From Octopus sinensis (lineage: Eukaryota): 45,931 nucleotides of DNA. Each line of letters starts with the position of its first letter. Position 1 is the stretch's first letter. Under the pieces are notes generated by a model that worked only from the letters and a program-made list of their open reading frames with translations, was not told the origin of the DNA and ran no database searches. Made by a program: the position numbers and the translations under genes. Location of the stretch: NCBI RefSeq assembly GCF_006345805.1, contig NW_021829866.1, positions 1-45,931 of the forward strand, given 5' to 3'. Below are positions 36,744 through 45,931 of the stretch, one piece after another.

Positions 36744-37578
36744 CGTTCCTACTAAAGGCAGAAGGCCTAAAATATTTTTTTGGGGGGTCTAGTCGATTAC
36801 ATCGACCCCAGTGTATCGCTGGTACTTATTTTATTGAACCCGAAAGGAGGAACCATGGTGTAACCACACTATGGTGTGGTAAACTTTGAGACCCTAGTCT
36901 AGATTGCGAATCCTCTGTACACCAGGATGGTTCAGCTCTCCACCCGTTAAAAGCCAGTCTATCGCGTATGGTGGGTGGATCTTCAAGTTTCCACACGCAT
37001 TCTTAGTAGCTTAATATAGGCTCGAATTAGAGATAAATTCTTTGTGGCTAATGGCGTGAGTCCTGATTGGAAGGAGAAGAAGAACAACAACAACAGCAAC
37101 CACGGCAATAACAACAGAAACAGCAAATGTATTAGTGCATGGTTTGTAGAACTTCTAATGTGTTGTGTGTGTATGTGTGTGTGTGTGATGTGTGTGTGTG
37201 TGTGTGCGTGCATCTTTTGAGGAAAAAGTAGTGGGACGTAAATTTAATTAAGCTATTCCCCCAAGGGATCAATCTAGAAATCGATTTTTCTGGATAAGTT
37301 GATAGCTAATCAATAATTCCCTACAAAAATTGACACCAAAATGAAAATAAAAAAACTAAATAAATAATGATAAAAATAAAATACAAATAAATAAATAATG
37401 ATAAAAAATAAAATACAAATAAATAAATAATAATAAAAATAAAATGCAAAAATAAACAAATGAAATGAGGGCAAAAGATATCGGAATATGGGGCAGCGCA
37501 GTTTTTTTATGTATTTTCCAAATTCCTTCCAACACCATGGTGGTTATTTACCGTGTTCTATTTCTTCGGCATTTTTGT

Positions 37579-37579
<1 letters not shown>

Positions 37580-37674
<95 letters not shown>

Positions 37675-37679
37675 TATCA

Positions 37680-37724
<45 letters not shown>

Positions 37725-37832
37725 TATCATTACTATTATTATTATATTATCATTGTTATTATTATTATTATTATATTTATTTATCATTATTATTATTATT
37801 ATTATATTATTATTATTATTATTATATTATTA

Positions 37833-37869
<37 letters not shown>

Positions 37870-37877
37870 TATCATTG

Positions 37878-37912
<35 letters not shown>

Positions 37913-38046
37913 TTCATTATTATTATTATATTATTATTATTATTATATTATCATTGTTATTATTATTATTATTATTATTATATTATTATATTATCATTAT
38001 TATTATTATTATTATATATCATTGTTATATTATTATTATTATATTA

Positions 38047-38079
<33 letters not shown>

Positions 38080-38132
38080 TATATTATCATTATTATTATT
38101 ATTATATTATTATTATTATTATTATTATATTA

Positions 38133-38207
<75 letters not shown>

Positions 38208-38227
38208 TATCATTATTATTATTATTA

Positions 38228-38262
<35 letters not shown>

Positions 38263-38267
38263 TATCA

Positions 38268-38324
<57 letters not shown>

Positions 38325-38384
38325 TATCATTATTATTATTATTATATTATCATTGTTATTATTATTATTATTATTATTATATTA

Positions 38385-38434
<50 letters not shown>

Positions 38435-38452
38435 TATCATTATCGTTATTAT
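37580..38452. repeat. Degenerate (ATT)n microsatellite field
   Basis: Directly visible, with a recurring ATATTATCATTGTT variant unit. Confidence 0.97.
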
Positions 38453-38455
38453 TAA

Positions 38456-39075
38456 GGGGGCGAGCTGGCAGAATCGTTACCGCGCCGGGAAAATTGCTTA
38501 GAGGCATTTCTTTCGACTTCAAGTCCTCAGTTTAAAATGCCGCCGGAGTCGGCAGTGCTTTCATTATTTTGGGATCGACAGAATAAATACCAGTTGGACA
38601 CTGGGGGTCTATGTAATCGACTTATTCCTTTGTCTGTCCTTGTTTGTCCCCTCTATGTTTAGCTCCCCCCACCCCTGTAGGCAATAAAGAAATACATTAT
38701 TATTATTAATAGGCGGCGAGCTGGCAGAAACGTTAGCACGCCGGACGAAATGCTTAGCAGCATTTCATCTGCCGCTACGTTTTGCGTTCAAATTCCGCTG
38801 AGGTCGACTTTGCCTTTCATCCTTTCAGGGTCGATTAAATAAGTACCAGTTACGCACTGGGTCGATATAATCGACTTAATCCGTTTGTCCGTCTTTGTTT
38901 GTCCTCTCTGTTTTTAGCCCCTTGTGGGGAGTAAAGAAATAGGTATTTCGTTTGCCGCTGCGTTTTGAGTTCAAATTCCCTCGAGGTCGACTTTGCTTTT
39001 CATCCTTTCGGGGTCGATAAAATAAGTACCAGTTGCGTACTGCGGTCGATCTAATCGACCATGCCCCCCCCCCCC
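38456..39075 (+). mobile_element. Cluster of family-C SINE modules
   Basis: Heads GGCGAGCTGGCAGAA at ~38459 and ~38715, each directly after (ATT)n. Repeated B-box GTTCAAATTC and GTCGACTTTGC modules. Confidence 0.82.
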
Positions 39076-39110
39076 ACTAGCGTAGCTGGGGTGGTGGGCG
39101 ATAGAGGCGA

Positions 39111-39144
39111 TTCTGTTGAAGAGCGTAGGCTCGAAACGTAAAAG
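39111..39144 (+). ncRNA. Hammerhead-like motif with CTGTTGA core, tandem copy 1
   Basis: CTGTTGA-A-GAGC/GTAG/GCTC-GAAA-CGT-A-AAAG. Confidence 0.45.
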
Positions 39145-39286
39145 ACTTCATCTTCCCGAGCGTTAAACTAATACACCTGTTTGTTGTTTATATACCTGTC
39201 TTCGTCTTTTGTTTTTCTAGCCTCTATGATTGACCTCTAGCTCCAAAAATTGTTTTTATTCTCTCCCTGTTTGTTTCCTCGTGTTC

Positions 39287-39322
39287 CTTTCTGTTGAAGA
39301 GCGTAGGCTCGAAACGTAAAAG
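39287..39322 (+). ncRNA. Hammerhead-like motif with CTGTTGA core, tandem copy 2
   Basis: Stem I CTTT/AAAG - CTGTTGA-A - GAGC/GTAG/GCTC - GAAA - CGT - A. Lies 178 bp from copy 1 and shares ~90 bp of downstream sequence with it. Confidence 0.5.
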
Positions 39323-41149
39323 ACTTTCTTATCTTCTCGTTCGTTAAACTAATACACCTGTTTGTTGTTTATACACCTATCTTTGTCTTTTCTTTTTCTA
39401 TAAATTTCAATTATAAAGTGACAATGTTATTAACTTATGATCTACAAGTTGGTTTGCTACTAATTCCCATAGATAAATTAATATTCACTGAACTGTAGCA
39501 AATATAATAAAATTGTTATTTTGTTTCCAACTGTTTTACAGTATTACTGTTTCATATGCATATGGTCTGCTGCAACAAAGTTAGAACACATGAAAATGGA
39601 TCCATTTGTTACGAATTGCGATTCCCACCTTATATAGTATATTTTTCGAAATTTTTGAGCCACACCCCACAAAAAAATCGTGGATCCCACTTGATATGTG
39701 TGTATATGTACAGTTTTGTGCGAGTAGTGCATGTGCAGATTTGTAAGTTGTACGTATTCTCATGCATATAATTGCATTCTAGACATGCGCATATATACTG
39801 AGGGACGGGCAGACGAACGGAGGTAGAGACGAATTGTTGGCTGGCTAGTTGGCAGGCTGGCTGGATGGATGGATGGATGGATGGCTGGCTGGATGGATGG
39901 ATGGATGGATGGATGGATGGATGGATGGATGGATGGATGGATGCGTCTGTGTGTGTATTATAATAGAAGACACTTGCTCATTGTGCCTCGTGGCCAGACT
40001 GAACGCGAAAGCTTGTGGTTGCAAAGCGCCCTTCTAAACCACTCAGCCAAACCTGCGTCTATTTTTCTGCAAATAGTAAGAATTATGTATTTCTGTCAAT
40101 GCATGGGTTTGAAATGAAGGGGAAAGAGGAAAGAATAGGGTTTGGGAAGGAACGGGGTTAGAAGCAGGAAGGGAATTGATAAAACAATGAAGAGGAAGGT
40201 TTATTGCTCATAATGAGGAAGCGAATTAGGGAGTAGGGGGCGTCTTTTTTGGTCAGTTGGAGAGCAGTCATTCATAAACAACTTTTCATTAACAATATAC
40301 AACACATTCCTGTCTGTGCATGCGCAATAGATATGAATAGTTCAAATTCACCTGCCAGCTCGCATATTTTCTCACACCGACACACACACACACACACACT
40401 CACACAGAAACATCCACAGGCACAAACATATATGTATGTGTGTATGTATATATATATATATGTGTATGTGTATGTATATATATATATATATATATAATAT
40501 ATATATACATGCATACATATATATATATGTATGTATATATGTATGTGTATATATATATATATATGTCAATATATATATGTGTGTGTGTGTGTGGTGTTAT
40601 GTGTGCGTATGTTTATACATATATGTATATATGGGGCTACAAAGACATACGAATACCGCCGAAAGCTGCTAACTCTCTCTTTCTCTCTCTCTCTCTCACA
40701 CATACACACACACACACACGCAAACATACATATAAGGGCACATACAAATACACATCCACCTTTACGGGCTAAAATTCTTTGCGTAATCACAACAGCATGA
40801 CATCCATGTACGTGCAATATGCCATCTTCTGCGATGCTATAAGTGAGTACGCGCATACATAGACTCATTCTTCTACACAGGCACGCACACACAGACACAC
40901 ACACACACACACACACGCACACACACACACACACATACATACACACGCAAACAAACACACAGTCATATGCATAATCATTAATATTTTACAAAAAGTGGAG
41001 CGGCAGTGACTGCATGTCTTCATTTCATCACGCTATGACGAAAGCTGCTTGGCCAAACCTTCGAAGTCACTGTCACCTATCTTATAAAAGCTTTATATGT
41101 GCGTATATATTTTAAACTTTAGCGTTTTCTTTAAAATGATTCCAGCCAG

Positions 41150-41309
41150 GACCATCGCTTTGGAGAATTTTGACCGAGTGAATTGACTCCAGTCCTTATT
41201 TTTTTAAGCCTGTTACTTATTCTATCGTTTCTATAGTCACACCGCAAGGTCACGGGTGCGTATACATACCAACCCTTGTTGCTAAGTGTAGTGGGGCAAA
41301 CACGCACAC

Positions 41310-41367
<58 letters not shown>

Positions 41368-41485
41368 ATATATGTATATCCGAAGGGCTTCTTTCAGTTT
41401 CCGGCCGCCATATCCACTTACAAGGCTGAGGGCTATAGTAGGAGACACTTTCCCATTGGGCAAAGTTGCCATACAGTGGGACTAA
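41150..41485 (-). mobile_element. Decayed family-B SINE
   Basis: Reverse-complement remnants: CTTCTTTCAGTTTCCG..., GGCTATAGTAGGAGACACTT, CAGTGGGACT, plus an internal (CA)n. Confidence 0.6.
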
Positions 41486-41511
41486 ATATATGTATTTATG
41501 TAGATAGATAT

Positions 41512-41543
<32 letters not shown>

Positions 41544-41575
41544 ATATATATATATATATTATATATATATATATA

Positions 41576-41616
<41 letters not shown>

Positions 41617-41667
41617 CATATATTACTTATATACATATATATATATATGTGTGTGTGGGTGTGTGTG

Positions 41668-41703
<36 letters not shown>

Positions 41704-41730
41704 ATGTATGCATGTATGCATGTATGTATA

Positions 41731-42620
41731 TTGGATCATCCCATAAATAATGCAGTTTTTTCAATAGCATGAATTAAAGTCAGAGGGGAATGAGATAAAC
41801 TACCTGCATCAACTTGCTATAAAAGCCGGTGGTGATTGTACCTTCGGTTTATTCTTAGTGCAAGTTTTGAAGAGTGCAGTTTTAACAATTATTTTTCAAA
41901 GCTATAATGGAAATGACAAAGAAGCATATTCGACATATTTTGCTTTTATGAGTTCAATAAAGGCAACAACGCAAATGAAAGTGTGTGGAATATTAATGCA
42001 GTATATGGGGATCGGACAATAAGCGCAAGCCAGTGCCAAAGGTGGTTCCAGAAATTCCGAGCCCAGAACTACAACCTAGATGACGAGCCTCGTCCTGGAA
42101 GATCTTTACAGCTCGATGAGGACGGGCTGCAAACCCTAATGGAACAAAATCTCATCATAACTGTTGAGGAACCTGCAGAGATTCTTGGGTTTGGTCATTC
42201 AACCAATCATTCAAGTCAACACTAGAAGAAAAACGACCATCTTTGGATTGTCGATGAAAGATGTTCACTCATCAGGAGGATGGCATTCCAAAGACTGGAG
42301 CAGTATGAATGGGAAACGATGCTCCACCCACCATATTTGCCGGGCATTGCCCCATCTGATTAGCATTTATTTCGCAGTCTCCAAAATCATTAGGACGGAA
42401 AATATATGAATTCTGTAGACGAGATCAGAACAGTACTGGAAGGGTATTTTTCGTCACGGACAAATGAATTTTGGAAGAGGGGCCTTGCAAATCTACCAGA
42501 TAGATGGAAGAGCATTGTAGAAAATGAAGGAGAACATATTTTAGATTATAAAGAACTTAGTTTATCTTAGGTTTGAAAAATAAAATATTTAAAAAAAGCA
42601 TTACTTATGGGATGACCCAA
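41731..42620 (+). mobile_element. Defective, internally deleted mariner DNA transposon (different subfamily from 3493-4057)
   Basis: TA-flanked TIRs TTGGATCATCCCATAAATAATGC (41731) and GCATTACTTATGGGATGACCCAA (ends 42620). Frameshifted N-terminal HTH region (MEMTKKHIRHIL/LYEFNKG...QCQRWFQKFRAQNYNLDDEPRPGR) and C-terminal region (HPPYLPGIAPSD*HLFRSLQ...LPDRWKSIVENEG). The central catalytic segment is mostly missing. Confidence 0.92.
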
Positions 42621-42989
42621 TAGATATATATACATATATATACATAAATACAGATAAATATATATATATATATATGTATGTATTCGTGTGTGTGTGTCTA
42701 TGTGTATACATACATACATATATGTGTGCGTGTGTGTGTGTATTTCTGTGTGTCTATGTTTATACATACATACATGACTTCATTCACATACCTTCACATA
42801 CACAGATTCATACAGGAAAATATTCCTACATTCTTATACAAACATCCCACATCTATGTCTTTCTCCCTTAAACTACATCTGAAGAGGGATCGTTTATGTG
42901 TGCAAAAATATCAGGGCAACATCAAAACACCACAGCACGTACATCCCCATACATAAATACAGGTGTGAGATTAGGATGAGGGTTGGGAC

Positions 42990-43270
42990 ATGAGAAAGGT
43001 TTATTTAAGCACATGGGGGAAGCTGTGGCGAGGGAGAAAATAATGCTTTGTATTTTATGGGGTTTCGCGTTTGTGTGTGTGTGGGGGGGGTACTTCGCGG
43101 GGGTGTGTATATGTCCTAGAAACTGGGTTAATGGAGTCCCCAGGTGCGTTAAAATGGTGGGATACGGGTTGGCCCGAAATGCGCTGGAGAACACTGCGAG
43201 GGTCATCACAGAAATGATCACGCGTATTCGATCTTGTGTCGCTAATATACGAGACATCGCAGACTTGCCA
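42990..43270 (-). mobile_element. Penelope-like GIY-YIG endonuclease fragment
   Basis: Minus strand QVCDVSYISDTRSNTRDHFCDDPRSVLQRISGQPVSHHFNAPGDS (decayed CxxCxxxYIGET...HF) and, after a CA-repeat interruption, KIQSIIFSLATASPMCLNKPFS (decayed EQxxIFxLxTLxPxGLN). Confidence 0.65.
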
Positions 43271-43285
43271 GAGACGGAGAGAAAC

Positions 43286-43316
<31 letters not shown>

Positions 43317-43433
43317 CAGAGACGGAACGAAACGGAGAGAGACAGACAGATAGACAGAGATGGAGAGAGGAAGAGATCGAGCGGGACAGGCAGGTAAAGA
43401 GTGAGAGACACGGGGAAAGACACACAGAATGAT

Positions 43434-43490
<57 letters not shown>

Positions 43491-43593
43491 GGCAGACAGA
43501 CAGACAACAAAAAAAACAAACATATTTTTCTTTCGAAGTCCATCCTCACTCTCACCGATTTTTATTTCGTTTGTCTCCCCCACATTTGTGTGT

Positions 43594-43631
<38 letters not shown>

Positions 43632-43719
43632 TTGTAATGTCTGTATATACCCGAAGCATTTCTAGTAAACATAAGACTGCTAAATAATAATAATAATAAT
43701 AGTTTCAGATTTGGATACT

Positions 43720-44110
43720 AAGCCAGCAATATCGGGAAAGAGGGTAAGTCGAAAAGATCAACCCCAGTGTTCAACTGGTACTTATTTTATCGATTCCGGA
43801 AGGATAAAAGCTAAAGTCGACCGCGGCTGAATTTGAACTCTGAACGTAAAGACGGACAAAATGCCGCTAAGCATTTTGCTCTGCATGCCAACGATTCTGC
43901 CTGCTCGCCGCCTTTATAATACTAATAATAATTTCAAATATTGCCAAAAGGCCAGCAATTTGGGGGAAGGAGTAAGTCGATTACATCGACTCCAGCGTTC
44001 AACTGGTACTTATTTTATCGACCCTGGTAGGACGAAAGGCAAAGTCGACCCCAGCTGCATTTTCACTCAACAAGTTAAAACGAAAGAAATGCCGCAAAAC
44101 ATTTTTTCCG
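43720..44110 (-). mobile_element. Two decayed family-C SINE copies
   Basis: AACTGGTACTTATTTTATCGA..GAAAGG..AAAGTCGAC..GAATTTGAACTC motifs, the reverse complement of family C, present twice. Confidence 0.7.
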
Positions 44111-44565
44111 GCGGTACAGTTGCTGGTGTGTGACCTGTGAACTTGGCCGACTTTTTATAATGCTAATTTGTTTTCGTTGAAGAAGTGCACTGCCTTTTCT
44201 TAAGAACCTGTCGTATCGTAATTTCAGGCCCACCATCTTAATTTGAAAAACAGCGACAGATGTGGCTTCTTATCATTATCTTTTAACTCTTTCCCCCCAT
44301 AACTAGAGTTGCCTTTGTATATGTCTTCTATAAACATTGTTCTTGTTATCGATAATGTTTTTATTAACATAACAGTCGTGTAAACCATCGTGAAAACTTC
44401 GTTGTCATTTTTGTTATACAACTGAGGTCGACTTTAACTTTGATTCTTTCCGGGACGATGAAATACAGAATCATTGAGGTACTAAGAATGGCGGAGTCGA
44501 AAAACATCCATAGAAAATTGATGGCTTTCATCATAAATAAAAAATCGTTATTATTAGTAAGAATA

Positions 44566-44735
44566 TGGCGCCGAGCTGGCAGAATCTTGCGCACGCTGGG
44601 TGAAATGCTTAGTGGCATTTACGTTTAGAGTTCATACATCACCGTAGTTGGCTTTGCCTTTCAGCCCTCTGGGGTCGATAAAATAAGAACTAATTAAGCA
44701 CTGGGGTCGATCTAATCGACTGGCCCCCTCCCCCT
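44566..44735 (+). mobile_element. Decayed family-C SINE
   Basis: GGCGCCGAGCTGGCAGAATC...GAAATGCTTAG...CTTTGCCTTTCAGCC..GGGGTCGATAAAATAAG...GGGGTCGATCTAATCGACTGGCCCCCTCCCC. Confidence 0.75.
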
Positions 44736-45039
44736 CCAAACGTTTTTTTTTTCTATCTTCGACTGCTTTGTAACATAGACGTATTCGTATACGAAACATC
44801 GTAACTTGCAGTGTTGGCTCTGAATTCTATAGAAATTCAATAAAGATAATCTTAAAAGTTTAGAATATCGCACTGCTAACACAAAAGTAAGACACAATAT
44901 CAACTTGTAAGCTTAGTAGTATATTATGATTGCAAGACAAAATATTGTGTCCTTCCCAGTAATTAATAACTCATAATCTCTCGCACAATAAAATTTACAA
45001 ACTAATTATCGAAAAGTGCTGTGAAATATTCACTTTTAG

Positions 45040-45276
45040 TTTGGCCATAAAGGTAAAAGACCCCCTTCGGTCATGAATGACCATGGATTTGCACCGAGAA
45101 AGTTACCCACCGAGACACAATTCCGAACAGGGTTGTTTATAGTAGACAAGCAGCCACCCATGCTACCGATGTTATACAAGGGAAAGGCAAAGGCCGATAC
45201 AGCTTGGCACCAGTGACATAGCAACTCATTTCTGCAGCTGTGTGAACTGGAGCAACGTGAAATAAAGTGTCTTGGC
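45040..45276 (-). mobile_element. Head-less SINE sharing the central core of 20742 but with tail type Y
   Basis: Reverse complement CCAAGACACTTTATTTCACGTTGCTCCAGTTCACACAGCTG followed by ...GCAAATCCATGGTCATTCATGACCGAAGGGGGTCTTTTACC. Confidence 0.75.
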
Positions 45277-45801
45277 CATACCCATGTAAAATATTTGAAA
45301 CATCAGTTGTTGATGTCAGCCGTTTGAGGATGAATACACAGATTAAAGGAAAAGGACAACAGAATTTTCAGTAGTAATATTTTTGCGGGGTCAGGTACTT
45401 TTCAGTATAAGAAACACTACTGCATTCTTCATTGATATAGTCAAAATAATCACAACATACTTTGGGTTCTATTTCTAGAAGACCACACGACCACATAGAG
45501 CATTCTTTATTGTACCCGGTTCCTCATGTATTTTCGATTTTCTGTGTTTCCAATATTTATATATATTCTATTAATACCAATATAATTATAAGTTTGGTGT
45601 ACGTCTAGCTCTCTCTTGGCAGTCTGTTGTTTTCATTGCCTACTTAGTAGGGGGCGTTATAAGTCATACACACACACACGTACATATATACACACACGTA
45701 TGTGTGTGCGTGTGTGTATATGGATATATATGCATATATATATGTATGTATGTATATATATACACACACATACACACACACATTTCTATAAACATATATA
45801 T

Positions 45802-45842
<41 letters not shown>

Positions 45843-45931
45843 TAATTGCGTGTATATATGTATATATGTATATATATATGCATTCATTCATATATGTATG
45901 TATATATATTATATAAAGAGAGAGAGAGAGA

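Noticed and set aside
37465-38535. ORFs of 356, 300 and 229 aa
   Set aside because: Read-through of an (ATT)n tract.
39542-39660. Strong acceptor-like site ttttgtttccaactgttttacag
   Set aside because: None of the three frames gives a recognisable peptide and there is no clear donor.
40796-40842. 47-nt micro-exon candidate (acaacag ... gtgagt)
   Set aside because: Splice-like dinucleotides are expected by chance in 46 kb, the pyrimidine tract is weak and the peptide is uninformative.

Overview
AT-rich, microsatellite-saturated eukaryotic genomic DNA. The tRNA-derived SINE families and the TA/CA/GATA/TAA simple-repeat load look like an octopod cephalopod; this is an inference from repeat style, not a database match. 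Most of the window appears to be intronic/intergenic DNA of a + strand gene. Only two exons are well supported (11621-11745 and 13315-13519), and they splice in frame to one complete I-set-like immunoglobulin domain. The rest is mobile DNA: two internally deleted mariner elements with intact TIR pairs, a 5'-truncated R4/Dong-type non-LTR retrotransposon inserted in a TAA repeat plus a 3' stub of a second R4-like family, three Penelope-like element (PLE) coding fragments, a CR1-like LINE fragment and many SINE copies. Nearly all long ORFs in the supplied track are microsatellite read-through artefacts. The most interesting observations are: (1) a near-perfect 120-bp tandem array (~17.4 units) made from the 5' Pol III head of a single SINE; (2) four minimal hammerhead-ribozyme-like motifs from three sequence families, two in tandem with a shared core variant; (3) a cluster of unrelated elements all using TAA microsatellites as landing pads, including an unclassified ~555-bp element present twice with identical ends and a head-to-head palindromic tRNA-derived dimer; (4) mix-and-match SINE head/core/tail modules. 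I cannot show from sequence alone that any of these is undescribed. All protein-family assignments are by eye, and no searches were run.
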